Source: Octopus sinensis (lineage: Eukaryota). Taken from it: a DNA stretch of 64,000 nt. The notes under the pieces are model-generated. The model had not been told where the DNA came from. It saw only the letters and a program-made list of their open reading frames with translations, and made no database searches. A program made the position numbers and the translations under genes. Shown piece by piece: positions 25,954 to 38,717 of this stretch. Within the stretch, counting starts at the first letter, position 1; the number at the start of each line of letters is the position of its first letter. The DNA lies in NCBI RefSeq assembly GCF_006345805.1, contig NC_043000.1:119722001-119786000 (forward strand), written 5' to 3'.

Positions 25954-25955
<2 letters not shown>
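25150..25955 (-). mobile_element. R4/Dong-clade LINE 3' fragment (CCHC zinc knuckle and PD..D restriction-like endonuclease), decayed
   Basis: ETEALIYAAKEQAL...CRICGQNGKTVWHITSQC...HDNIARLVHW...ENRKPDVVLIEKENKLCWIID; flanked by (TTA)n. Confidence 0.9.
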
Positions 25956-26008
<53 letters not shown>

Positions 26009-26010
26009 GT

Positions 26011-26870
26011 AAATTGTTATTGTAAAGAACGATCTGCATTGGACAAACCACATCTCTAAAATTGTCAAGAAGGCTGACGGGGTGCTAGCATAACTCAATG
26101 ACAATGGTATGTCCACATTTGGAATTTGCATCGCCAGTCTGGAACCCCTGTCTTGCTCAGTGTATAAATCTTCTGGAAACTTCAGAAATGTGCAACAAAA
26201 TGTATACCTGTCGTCAGACATCTACCATACCCTGAACGTCTTGCTTCCCTGGGCATGGATACATTGAAGCTCAGACGTCTGGCAACTGACTTGGTAGACA
26301 CCCACAAGATTATTCACTATCTTTCTAACAACAACCATGGACACATTTTTGAATTCTATGTCACAAACACTCATGAACATGCTTGTAAAATCTGAAAACA
26401 ACACAACATCCATGACTTTCGGAAACATTTTTTTCACACTCAGAATTACTGATGTATGGAATAAACTACATTCATCAGTTGTTAGCTGTCGAGACACCAC
26501 ATCAGAGTTACTCAAAGTGGTGGTCCGCTGAATGGCACCAGTTCGTGAACCATCAGCTGCCAGTACGTTGTGACTTTCCAGAAAACAAAGAAACATTATA
26601 AAATGCTTATGTAATAATGTATTATTTGTTTACAAAATGAATATAAGATAAAAACAAATGTCAACTTTTATTATATTCATTGTATATATTATTTCTGGTA
26701 TAAATTAATATTACTAAGAAATATTATTGGACCCTGGCACATTAGAAAAAAAAAAACTGCCAGTACGCCACATCAGATAGTTTGAGAAACATTGCACTAC
26801 ATCCTTCAAAACTCTCATGCTTCCTGAAATCCACCAACAGGACACTGCATTTTACAATGATATATAAAAT
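26011..26870 (+). mobile_element. CR1/L2-group LINE 3' end, decayed, split by a hAT MITE
   Basis: DLHWTNHISKIVKKA...PHLEFASPVWNP...LPYPERLASLGMDTLKLRRLATDL...WNKL. Confidence 0.8.
26503..26794. mobile_element. hAT (Charlie-like) MITE
   Basis: 8-bp target duplication caccacat/cactacat; termini cagagttactcaaa...tttgagaaacattg. Confidence 0.8.
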
Positions 26871-29800
26871 ACCCAACTTTTACTTCAGGTGTGAAAGTCC
26901 CCAGGTTTCCTCTGTCTGTGGTGTTTACCCTATATGTGTTTGTTGTTACTGTCCTTGCTTGTTTCTTTCTTCTGTTTATATAATTACTTCTGTTCTCTTC
27001 ATAACTTGTCCTTTTTACTATTCAGTCTTCACACTTTGACTTTTCTTGTTATTTTACTTATTTCATTTTTTCTTCTGCCCTTGTCCGTCTAGCATGTTCA
27101 CTCATTTATATCCCAGTAGCTCATGCTGCCAGACTGAACAATATCAGGTGTCAAAATTGTGATGATATTTGATTGACAACTGATGAGGGGATGGACATGA
27201 CTGCATCCATTATTTGTATTTTTTTCCTGTTATTTTCGCATATTCCTTTGACATTCCCCTGTGCCAAATTATATTTTCAATCAATTAGTTTATCTGACTT
27301 AGAAAAGCAGTAAAAATTTCAGAAATACCAAAACATATTTGAATCTGTAGTCTAATATTTAACCATTCATTTACCAAGTATCATGGATTTCTTGTAACTA
27401 CAGTATTTTATTTTTATTAGTGTAAGATTTGCAACAGCCATTAAAAGTCATTGCATTAATTATTTTTAGTTCGTTGTAATGTCAGAGGCTATGTGATAAA
27501 TATGATGTTTAAATAGTGTAATTATAATTATTGTCAATCATCTTATTCGCTGGTAGTTTTAAAAATATTTCCCCCCGCATCAGCATAAATTAGACAGGTC
27601 TGCAGAACAGTTCCTTGTAAACTGTTTATTATAAAATTTTAAAGCAATTTTTTTTAGTCCTTAACAAAAACAATTTTCTTTCTTTTCTTTTTAAATATTA
27701 TTTTACTAACTTTGCTTGCGTTAATTTTATTTTTATTGACTGTTTTTATTATATTTGGAATACTAGATACAAGGTGTAAATTTTTCAATTTTGTTACAAA
27801 AAAACAAAAAACAAAGAAAAATTGTATGATTTTAGCTTGTGAAAAGAACTGAAGATAAAAAGGAAAAAAAAATTTAGCAAATATATTTTTATGTAGAATT
27901 TTATAAAAAATATTTCCAGTTTCCAGAACTATCCATTGTAAACTTCAACTTGAAAATGTAAAACTATGTGTATAAAAGGAGATCGAAGAGAATAAATTGT
28001 ACTTACAAAATGATATATAAGCTTATTACCGACAAAATGACAGGTGTCTATCTGTAAGTTGAGAAACTGTCAGCTAGGCTGGAAACTGTTGCATTCTGTA
28101 CTTGGAATTATAGTGCTTTATCAATCCAGTTATGCAGCTAAATAGGTATTTATTGTAATTACAGACACACTGTTGCATTCAAAGTAAAACAATAGCGCAA
28201 CCCCATCATCCTTGCTTGTCACAGTCTACTCTCAACTTTTAGGATACAACTGCCTAGATATTCGAAGATTCTCTATCATCCGTGACCTTTTCTCGAAAGC
28301 CTTATATTATATTGGCAAAATTACATCGTAGCAACTTGGCTCTCTTTTCCTTTACAGTCAAGGAATATTTTTGTGGAGGGTTCTTGTCAAAATATCCCAA
28401 TAATACATCATCATCACTGTCACTATCATTACAAAGGGGTGGTGAATGGAAGCATCAGGCAGAATGACAGGCAAAATGCCTTGATTGCTTTCCTTTATAT
28501 TCTGATTTGAAATCTTGCTAAAGTCACTTTCAATTTCACCTTTCTCTCTCTTTCTCTCTGTAATTAATAAAACAAATGCCAGTCAAGTACTGATGTTGAA
28601 TTAATCATTTACACTCACTGCCCAAAATTTGCAGGCTTGTTCCCATGTTAAAAATCCAGATTGGCTGAATTATCAAAGTGGCAGATAAAATGCTTTGCTG
28701 TATTTTATTACAGTCTTTTATGTACTGAGTTCAAATTATGTTGAGGTTGACAGAGAGTGATATAATTCACCATTCCAGCCCCCAAATTACTTGTCTTGTG
28801 CCTATGTTTGAAACCGTGGAGGCACGTGACTTAGTGATTAGGATGTCAGCATCATGATCGTAAGATTGTGGTTTCGATTCCTGAACTGGGCGACGCGTTG
28901 TGTTCTTGAGCAAAACACTTCATTTCACATTGCTCCAGTCCACTCAGCTGGCAAAAATGCATCCCATCCAGCTGGGGAACACATACGCCATAGAAACCGG
29001 GAGGCTTTAAAAGGGTGCATTTATTTTTTATTTTTATGTTTGAAACTATTATTCATTTATCATATTTTTATTGCCTGCTCATTTTCACTGCAATACATAA
29101 AGTACAGCTCCAAGTGCCTTGGAAATGTGTAATGTTTTGTTTTGCTTTTGTATTAGCTATTGTATTGAAAGTGCTCTATGTAAAATGCTCATGGCAGATA
29201 TGAGAGTTATATTCTGCATGTAAGTCCTTGAGTTTTGGGTATCTATTCATCTACATGTGTTTTTTAATGATTCTCAAAGCACCTATTATTATTATGTTTG
29301 TTGCTGTTTTCATCCCCCACATTCTAGTTATCTCATTCGATAGATCTTTATATTTGGATAATTTCTTTAAAAAGCACATTATCATCTGCCAAGACTATTA
29401 TTGTTGTTTCTTTTGCTCCTGGCTTTTCCATAATGACATGATTTTAAAGGTTTCGCCATCATTTATCTTTCAATGCATCTTTATCATGTTTGTAATCTGT
29501 AAAAGGACCCCACCCCATGCTCCAACATTTTTCACCCTGCTCTTAATTTTTTGTATCGTATTTCTGTGCCCCTGTCATATTTTAGCTTCTCATCAGCTGG
29601 TACCAAGGCATCCCTCTTAATATTACTTCCATCCTGAGTTGAGATGATTTGTTTTGCAAGTTATTTGATCTCACTGGTGCCATTTAAAAACCACCCAGTA
29701 CACTCTGTAAAGTGGTTGGCTGTAGGAAAAGTATCCAGTCACAGAAACTATGCCAAAGCATAGACATGAACTTGGTACAGTCCTTTAGCTTGCCAGCTCC

Positions 29801-31035
29801 TCTTGTACTGTCCAACCCTTGCCGGCAAGGAAAAACATATATTTAACGATAATGATGACTAGCACCTGTGCCGGTGGCATGTGTAAAAGATTCGAGCGAG
29901 GTTGTTGCCAGTACCGCCTGACTGGCCCCGTGCCGGTGGCACGTAAAAGCACCCACTACACTCTCGGAGTGGTTGGCATTAGGAAGGGCATCCAGCTGTA
30001 GAGACTCTGCCAGACCTCAGTCAAAAACGACCAACCCATGCTAGCATGGAAAGCGGCCATTAAACGATGATGATGATGATGGTGATAGTAATGATGATAT
30101 TTTCCTTTTGTTTTTTCTTTATATATAATTCTCTGCCATCCCATTGTGATATACTTTACTTTCATCACACATTGCTGTTTACCCATATACCTACATACAA
30201 TCAGTTATCGCCTCTGTGTAAATGCATTAAATTCATTCTCATTGTTATCCCGGTTGCTTTCAACACTTACTTGTGCCGGTCTCAAAAGCTGTTCCTTAAT
30301 TTCATATTGTCCTGCTTACACTCTATTTCGTCCCCCCCTCCACTCTCTCCCCTCTTTCTCTCTTTAATTATTGGAATGCATTCTCCTTTTTGCTGTTCCT
30401 CTTTCCACAGAAATACTGAAAAATATAGATATACAAAAATTCCAACTACAAAAGTTTTAAAAGGAAAGAACAACAAAAAAATGTGTGAGAGATAGAGATA
30501 AAGAAGGAGTGAAGGAGAAAAGATATCTGCAGTATCCTCATTCATAAAACAAGAAGTATTGTTGTTTTGAAGGATGATAGAGTGTTAGGCATCTCTGTTC
30601 AAACTCATGTTGCATTGAAAATTCTGCAATGTTAAATCATTTTACTGTAATTTTCAGCCAATTTACCCATGGGCTGTTTTTTAAATGGGTATCGCTGTAT
30701 GTTTTGCAACAAGAACAGTTATGATATAAATGTTTGCTAAATTGTCAGCTTTCAGTGGAAAAGAGTAACAACAACAACAACAATAGTAACAATGTCAGCA
30801 ACATAATGGTAACTTTATAACAAAGGCATACTTGCATACATAAGAACACACACACACATATGCACATACATACATACATATATGTTTACATACATATATG
30901 TATACATATATAACATTTATACATACATATATGAATACATACATATATGCAAACAGACATACATATATACATATACATACATATGTATACCATATGTATA
31001 CATACATACTTATATGGATACATACTTACATACAT

Positions 31036-31082
<47 letters not shown>

Positions 31083-32084
31083 CATACATGCTTATATGCA
31101 TATATATATATATGTGTGTTTGTGTATAAATAATATAAATACAAAAACAATCAAGAAATTTCTGTTTCCCGAAGACAAATAAACTCCGCAGAAGAGAATA
31201 TCAGAAAAAACAACAACAAATACAACCCCCAAACAAACAAACAAACAAATGAAAGAAACAAAAACAAAAGATGACAAACAACACAAATTATATAAAAAAA
31301 CAACAATTACAACAACTGAGAAGGAGAGAAAGAAAGAAAGAAAAAATCCAAAATACATAGCCTGTGGTTTGTTTTGTATGGAACTATGTATTTAAAGGAA
31401 ATATTGATATTTCTGCTAGTGAAGAAATGCTTGTTGTTGTTGCTGTTGTTGTTTATAACAACAACAACTACAACAATAATGCTGCTTATAATAGTGTTTA
31501 TGATAAACGTGCTGGTCATGTGAGTGATTATCAGTATTATTATTATCATTATCATTATTATTATTAGTAGTAGTAGTGGTAATAGTGGTAATAGTGGTAA
31601 CAGTGGTAGTAGTAGTAGTGATAATAGTGGTTTTAGTAGTTGTGGTAGTAGTAGTATAGTAGTGGTAATAGTGGTAGTAGTGGTGGTGGTGGTGGTAGTA
31701 GTAGTAGTAGTGGTGGTGGTGGTGGCATTGATATCAATGAATGATATTTAAAACCAAAGTATGTCTGCAGTATATGTATATTCAGTTTAGTTAGTTATTA
31801 TTATTATTATTTTTTTTCCTGAGTGATTCTCTTGAGAGATTCCAACTTCCATGTTGGTAGAAGTAGAGAGAGAGAGAGAGAGATAGATAGATAGATAGAT
31901 AGAGAGAGGGAGGGTGGTGGTGTTGGTGGTGCCGGTAACAATGGCATTGTTGATATGTGGGGTATTAATGTTCGGTAAAAGGCAGAGAGGGAGTACATTA
32001 AATGGGAGTGCATTCGTTAATAAAGTAATCTTTTGAATAAAAAGGCCGCATGTTAATATCTGTTGTGTTGCGAAACTTTCAGTG

Positions 32085-32167
32085 TCAGAGATTGCCAAGT
32101 TCGATAGGATTTTGATCTGCCAGCCGAAGTGCTGATGATTCAAATACCTCCACCTGGACTGTGTTAT
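32085..32167 (-). CDS. Candidate terminal coding exon of an unidentified antisense gene
   Basis: Minus-strand pyrimidine tract tttcactttctttctttctttttttttttaag|, then phase-1 reading xNTVQVEVFESSALRLADQNPIELGNL*. Non-repetitive and CpG-retaining. No homolog recognised. Confidence 0.25.
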
Positions 32168-34398
32168 CTTAAAAAAAAAAAGAAAGAAAGAAAGTGAAAA
32201 ATATTAAATAAAAATAAATTTTCTTTTTACATATAGACACAGGAGTGGCTGTGTGGTGGTAAGTAGTTTGCTTACCAACCACATGGTTCCGGGTTCAGTC
32301 CCACTGCGTGGCATCTTCGGCAAGTGTCTTCTACTATAACCTCGGGTCGACCAAAGCCTTGTGAGTGGATTTGGTAGACGGAAACTGAAAGAAGCCTGTC
32401 GTATATTATATATGTATATGTATGTGTGTGTATATGTTTGTGTGTCTGTGTTTGTCCTCCCAACATCGCTTTACAACCAATGCTGGTGTGTTTATGTCCC
32501 TGTAACTTAGCGGTTCGGCAAAAGAGACTGATAGAATAAGTACTAGGCTTACAAAAAATATGTCCTGGGGTTGATTTCCTTTACTAAAGGCGGTGCTCCA
32601 GTATGGCCACAGTCAAATGACTGAAACAAGTAAAAGAGTAAAGAGTATAGGTGCGTACATGGCTATGTGGTTAAGTAGCTTGCTTTGCAACTATGAGGTT
32701 TCAGGTTCAATTCCAATGTGGAGTACCTTGGGCAAGTGTGTTATACTATAGCCTCGGGTTGACCAAAGCCTTGTGAGTGGATTTGGTTGATGGAAACTGA
32801 AAGAAGCCTGTCGTATAAATATGTGTGTGTGTGTGTGTCACCCCACCCCCGCCTCTAGGTGTTGGTTCGTTTATGTTCTGGAAACTTAGCAGTTCAACAA
32901 AAACAGGCTGATAGAATAAATACCAGTCTTAAAAAAAAAGGAACGTAAAACTATTGGGGTCCATTTGGCTGACTAAAACTCTTGTAAGTGGTGCTCCAGA
33001 ATGGCCACGGTCTAATGTTTAAATCAAGTAAAAAGAAAAAAATGAAGACAATTGAAAGCACATGGCTGTGTGGTTAAGAAGCTGGCTTTGCACCCACACG
33101 GTTTTAGGTTCAGTCCCATTATATGGCACCTTGGTCAAGCATCTTCTACAACAGCCTTGGACCAGCCAATAGCCTGTGAGTGAGTCTGGTAGATGGAAAC
33201 TGTGTGGAAGCTCATCGTGTGTGTGTGTGTGTGTGTGTGTGTGTCTTTTTATCTGTGCTTGTATCATCTCCCTGCCTCTACAACACTTGGCAACTGGTGT
33301 TGGTTTTGTTTACTTCCCCATAACTTAGCAGTTTGGCAAAACAGATTGATCAAATATCTACCAGACTGAAAAACAACAAAAAAAAAAGTAAGTACTGGGT
33401 TTCATTTGTGTGTCTAAAACCCTTGCAAGTAGTGCCCCAGCATGGCCACAGTCTTCTGACTAAAACAAGTAGAAGATAAAACATATTTTTTGCAGGGGGT
33501 TGTATAGATCTACAAATTGCTCCAAGCATGTTTTTAAAACAAGTTTTCTTATATTAACAATTGAGTGCCACAATGGATTATTGCCTTCACACCTGGAACT
33601 GTGCTGCTGTTGCTATGCACACAGAGATATACTGGACAACATCTAGAGAAGGAGTACTCCACTGATTGACATCAAATCACTCCCAGACCTGCTCCCAGCT
33701 GCATGTCCTTGTCTCATACCATCTTTTCTGTTTGCCTTTTCTGTTGCTCTTACAATGGCCTCTCTTCCTAGTGTTTGAAGGTTTTGTACTTCCCTTCTAT
33801 ATTCAAGCACTTGTGACCCAAATGTGTTTCCTCCTCCCATCACTCTTGTTATGTCCAGTGTTTGAGGCCCTGCACTAACCCCTACATCCAGTCCTTCATA
33901 TAACATTGACAGCAACAAACGTGATAAATCATTATTATGTTTGTTAATAATCTATGTTAATAATTAATAAATTTATGTGAATAATTAATAAATCATGGCA
34001 TGGCACAGTTTAGAAGTGTTTTCATGGTTGGTTGGTTGTCACTGAAATACTCTTTAGGTGAATTGATAACTAAAACCCCAGGACTTACAAATGCACATGC
34101 AGAAATCTCTTTTCTGCTCTTGTTTTCCCTGCAAGTGTTGAGTTACAACTTGAATTGCAACAGTTTAAATGGAACATTAACAGCATCACCCTTACCAGTC
34201 TTGAAAGGTCTGCAAAGACCATTGGCACCACCCCTTCCTCCACACCCAGCAGATAAAAAAATAAAAATACTAAGTTGAATTATGAGATTGGCGTGCTGTC
34301 TTTCTGTTTGATAACATAACTGTCACATAGTCTGTGAGTCCAAGAGATTTATGGTCATTGCCATAACACTAAAGTCTAATTAATATAATATTTTAAAC

Positions 34399-34646
34399 CA
34401 GTGGTTCTCAACTGAGGTCCACATGGCCCTTAGGGGCTCATAGAAGATTTAATTGTTAAAAATTATGTGCAGTAAATTAGCTATATTTCTACGATGCACG
34501 AAATATTTTAACAATTTTTTGATACAGTTCTTAATGATACTTAATTATAAAAATATAATGCAAATTTATTTTAAGCATTGAATGAGAGCTCTGTAGAGTA
34601 AAATAAGAATGGAAAAGGTCCATAGGAAAAAATGGTTGAGAACCAG
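34399..34646. mobile_element. hAT (Charlie-like) MITE
   Basis: Perfect 8-bp target duplication ttttaaac at 34391-34398 and 34647-34654; TIRs cagtggttctcaac / gttgagaaccag. Confidence 0.9.
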
Positions 34647-35430
34647 TTTTAAACAAAGACAATAAACTGCAATATTAACTTGGCACATGACCTGCTGTGC
34701 TTGAGGAGACCTATTGAGTCAAGTACATCAACATCAAAATAAATATCAAATGGAAATTATAGTTGTGATACCTGTGCTGGAGGCACGTAAAAAGCACCAA
34801 CCGAACATGGCCGATACCAGCCCCGCCTTGATTGGCTTCTGTGCCAGTGGCACATAAAAAGCACCAACCAATCATGGCTGCTGCCAGCGTCCCCTGGCGC
34901 CTGTGCCGGTGGCACGTAAAAAGCACCCACTACACTCACGGAGTGGTTGGCGTTAGGAAGGGTGTCCAGCTGTAGAAACACTGCCAGATCAGACTGGGGC
35001 CTCGTGCAGCCTCCTGGCTTCCCAGATCCCTGGTCAAACCATCCAACCCGTGCTAGCATGGAAAACGGACATTAAATGATGATGATGATGAATGATTTCA
35101 GCCATCTACTAGCAAATAGGTATCATGGCAAGGCACAGTTCAGAAGTATTTTCATAGTTGGTTTGTTGTCACTGAAATACTCGTTCGGGATTATATATTT
35201 TTAACGTTTTTGTCAGAAGGCAAAGTAGATTCTTAACAGGGTCTCTGTGCCTAGTGGGAGGGAGGTAGGAAGGTATCCTTAAAATGGGGGCCTGGCCTGA
35301 AAGTTTGTGAAGATGAACTCTGCTTAAAGTACCCAAAATGCTAGGTGGTGGTGTCAAACCAGGTACTGGATTAGGTTTACCACACAAAGATTTAGAGAAA
35401 TTGCATAAAGATTCTTTGCTGTATTCTCTT

Positions 35431-35831
35431 TTAATCCTTTTGCATTCAAATTATTCTGTCAGATATAATACTTGTTTATCTACATTGTTTTGAATTAATC
35501 ATGCATTATCTCAAAGATTCAAGATTTCAATGATGTGATTGTTTATTTTTAGTACGACATTGTAGGGTAGGTGTGAGAGGCCAGATTTGGCCAGCTTAAA
35601 CATAACAATATAGACATTATTTACATTTGATGGATATTTGTCCTCATCTTGTTTGTTGTTAACACAACGTTTTGGCTGATAGACCCGTCGAATGTATCCG
35701 TCAAATGTAAATGTAAATGTCCGTTGAATGTAAATAATGCACATAATTCCTCATCTCTTAAATATAGAACTGTATAACAAAATAGGTGGAATATTTTGGC
35801 AAGACATGGCCAATTTAAATGCTAGTGTTAA
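35431..35831 (+). mobile_element. TTAA-type MITE (inverted relative at ~62800-63000) carrying a nested insertion at ~35611-35772
   Basis: ttaatccttttgcattca...tttaaatgctagtgttaa ends. The insert is flanked by ataacaa on both sides. Confidence 0.65.
35611..35772. mobile_element. Inverted, Penelope-style fragment of the hammerhead-tailed element at 44849-45413
   Basis: 35614-35681 is the reverse complement of 45350-45414 and keeps AAACGTTGTGTT. It is followed by a + strand copy of the tail tatccgtcaaatgtaaat. Confidence 0.75.
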
Positions 35832-38320
35832 ATCGGCAATTTAAGGCACAAATCTTCTCTTATCTCCTTTGTTTTTATCTGCTGGCAGTAAAAGAGAAAG
35901 ATTCAGTATGGGTTATTGAGAATTTATTGAAAGAGGTACATTTAGCAAAATTTCTATAAATCTGTAGAGAGCACAGCTGGAGGAGTTCCGTGTTCGGAAG
36001 TGTAAAGAGATGTAGTAAGCAATAAAAGATTGAATGGAGAAATTGTGCAGGTGTTGCGTTTTATGGCGTGTTTTGTTAGTGTTTTTGTGCCGTGATGATG
36101 TCACTCCAAGCAACGCATTAACAAGATGGGCTGATTGTTGCTTCAATCAGCATCATTATCATAAACAACTGCGACAACACCGAGAAGATACTTTATTCTG
36201 GGCCTTACATAACATCCTTGTTGTTGTTTGTGATGAGGAGCAGTGTGGTAGGTGTTGGTGTGTTGCTGGCTAATTACGCTTGACAGGACACAAGGTTAAA
36301 GTGCTTAGAGACCTTATGGTCCCTAACCTTTCAGTTAGGCATTTAACTCTTAGATAGGTGGCTTAATATTAGGAAGCAAACCCAACAGACATTTTCCTTT
36401 CCTTTTTTTTCTTTTACGACTAACTCTCAATAAGATAGCAAACAACCAGAAATAAAACAGGTCCCAAGCATAAACAAGCTCATAGCAACCAATTAATATG
36501 TTGGGAGTTAGAAAAGAAAAAGGGGGAAAAAATCTCATGAGAAGGAGCTATGAAAAGCATAATACAATCAATGCAAAATTTTGAAGAATTAAGATTATAG
36601 GAGCAGGCGTAGCTGTGTGGTTAAGAAACTTGCTTTGTAACTAAATGGTTTTGGGTTCAATCACATTGCTTGGTGCCTTGGCCAAATGTCCTCTACTGTA
36701 GTCCTAGGCTGACAAATGCTTAAGGAATGAATTTGGTGGATGGAAATTGTATGAAAGCCTGTTGTGTGTATGTCTATATATATATATATATATGTGTGTG
36801 TATGTGTATGCATTTGTATGTGCCTGTGTCTGTCACTTCCACTGCTTGACAACTAGTGTTGGTTTGTTTCCATCCCCATAACCTAGTAGTTTGGTTAAAA
36901 AAGACAGAGATAAGTACCAGACTTTAAATGTGAAATAAGTACAGGGGTTGATATATTTGGCTAAACCCTTCAAGGTAGTGCCCCAACATGGTCACAGTCC
37001 AACGACTGGAACAAGTAAAAGATGAAAGATAAAACATAAAAGAGGAGAGAAGAAAAAAAAAAGAAAGGAGGAGATCCCATGAGGCAAGTATTTGAGGACT
37101 TGAGTTAAAACTCTTCTTACAAGAGGAGAGAATAGTAATGAAAGGATGAGAATTAATAAGGAGGATGAGTCACTCATTTTGTAATCTTAAGAATTAGGAA
37201 CAAGAGGAGAAAGTTCAGCAGAACAATGATCAATTAAGTATGTATACTATAACAAAGGAAGCCACTTATTAATTAGTTTGGAGTATGTAACTTTTACTAA
37301 ACAAAAGCAATTTATTAAAGTCTACACAGTCTAGAAAATTCTTAATTCTAATTTTAATATTATTTTTTATTATCAAAATGTGGTTTTCAAGTTTCTTTTT
37401 CTATTGAAGATTTCAATAACAGAAAATAAATTTCAATTCACTGTGACATAGAATTTATAAAATTGCAAAGTAAAGTTCATTCTTTGTCTTTTCTCTCTCT
37501 CATACTCTTGTTTGCACTACTTTCTACAGACATATCTGTAAAAACATTTTCCCAAATTACAGGTTTAATCCTGTGTCAGCCAGTATCCTTTCATATTTGT
37601 TGGGAGTTTAGAAAGTCGAAGAAGTAAAATAGTTTTGATTTAATTACATCAATTCTAACAAATATAAAATTGTTTATAGGAGAGAGATAAAGAAGCAACG
37701 TACCAGTGATGGGAGTGGCTCAAAGTTTTGCTGCCAAAGCAGGATCAAAAATACTACTTGGTCTAATACACCACCTTGAGGAAGCATCACTGTGTTCTAA
37801 GCATTAGGTCCTGAATACAGGTTCCCTCTCCACTGCCCATATTTTTCCTGCAGACATTGAGCAACAAATATTTGGGCAGGGAATTGTTCATTTAACATTC
37901 ATTTTTACCATGCTTTCATCTCTTGGACAGGATTGATTTTGTCACAAGATATAATGCCTGCTACTAATGTATACATATTTTTGTAGGGGTTAGTGGTTAG
38001 TGTCAGGTTCACAATCATGAGGTAGTGAGTTTGATTCCTGGACCAGGCTGTGTGTTGTGTTCTTGAGCAAGACACTTTATGTCATGTTGCCCCAGTTCAC
38101 TCAACAGCTGTAGAAATGAGTTGCGATGTCACTGGTGTCAAGCTGTATATTGGTCTTTGTGATTCCCTTGGATAACATCGGTGGTGTGTAGAGGGGAGGC
38201 TGGTACGTATGGCTGACTGCTGGTCTTCCATAAAACAACCTTGCCTGGATTTGAGCCTAGGAGGCGAATTTCTAGGTGCAATCCTATGATCATTCATGAC
38301 CAAAGGTGGGGGCAGTCTTT

Positions 38321-38717
38321 ACCTATAATATAAATTGGACACGGGTGATCGTTGTATTCTTTCTTGTCTCGAGGTTCACAGCCAAACGGCTGGGTGGATT
38401 TGCACACATGTGGAGACGGGTGCATAGATTGGAATGCAGTTTCTATTTTTTTCATAACCCCCATACTTACCGAGAAAATCGATTAAAACTTTTTCTAATG
38501 GAATTTCCCTCTTTCTTCTGCCATTAAAACAACCAGTTGCTTAGGAGCTGTTTTCTGGCGGGGTGGGGTCAGGAAATTTTCATATAGCTGGAGGCTCCAA
38601 TCGAAACGGGACCCGAAATGATAAGGTTGAGAAATGCTGTTATAGATTATGCCTAACCAAAAACGATCACAGCCACATCATCCAAACAGTCCAGGTGAAA
38701 CCAGGCTTAGCTGCTAG
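38321..38717 (+). mobile_element. Non-autonomous Helitron (second family)
   Basis: 3' end ccaggtgaaaccagg-cttagctg-CTAG|T running into (TA)n; 5' cctataatataaa start. Confidence 0.6.

Noticed and set aside
27180-27210. CTGATGA as a further hammerhead core
   Set aside because: No downstream GAAA or stem I/III pairing found.
33643-33918. Possible R2/Hero-like endonuclease remnant (REAIVRATEKA)
   Set aside because: Similarity is too short and degraded to call.
34089-34128. Minus-strand 40-nt exon candidate (cttgcag|...TTT|gtaagt) that would splice in frame to 32167
   Set aside because: The donor lies in ccaggacttacaaa, which matches the Dong LINE fragment at ~45066, so it is probably repeat-derived. 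The acceptor is weak.
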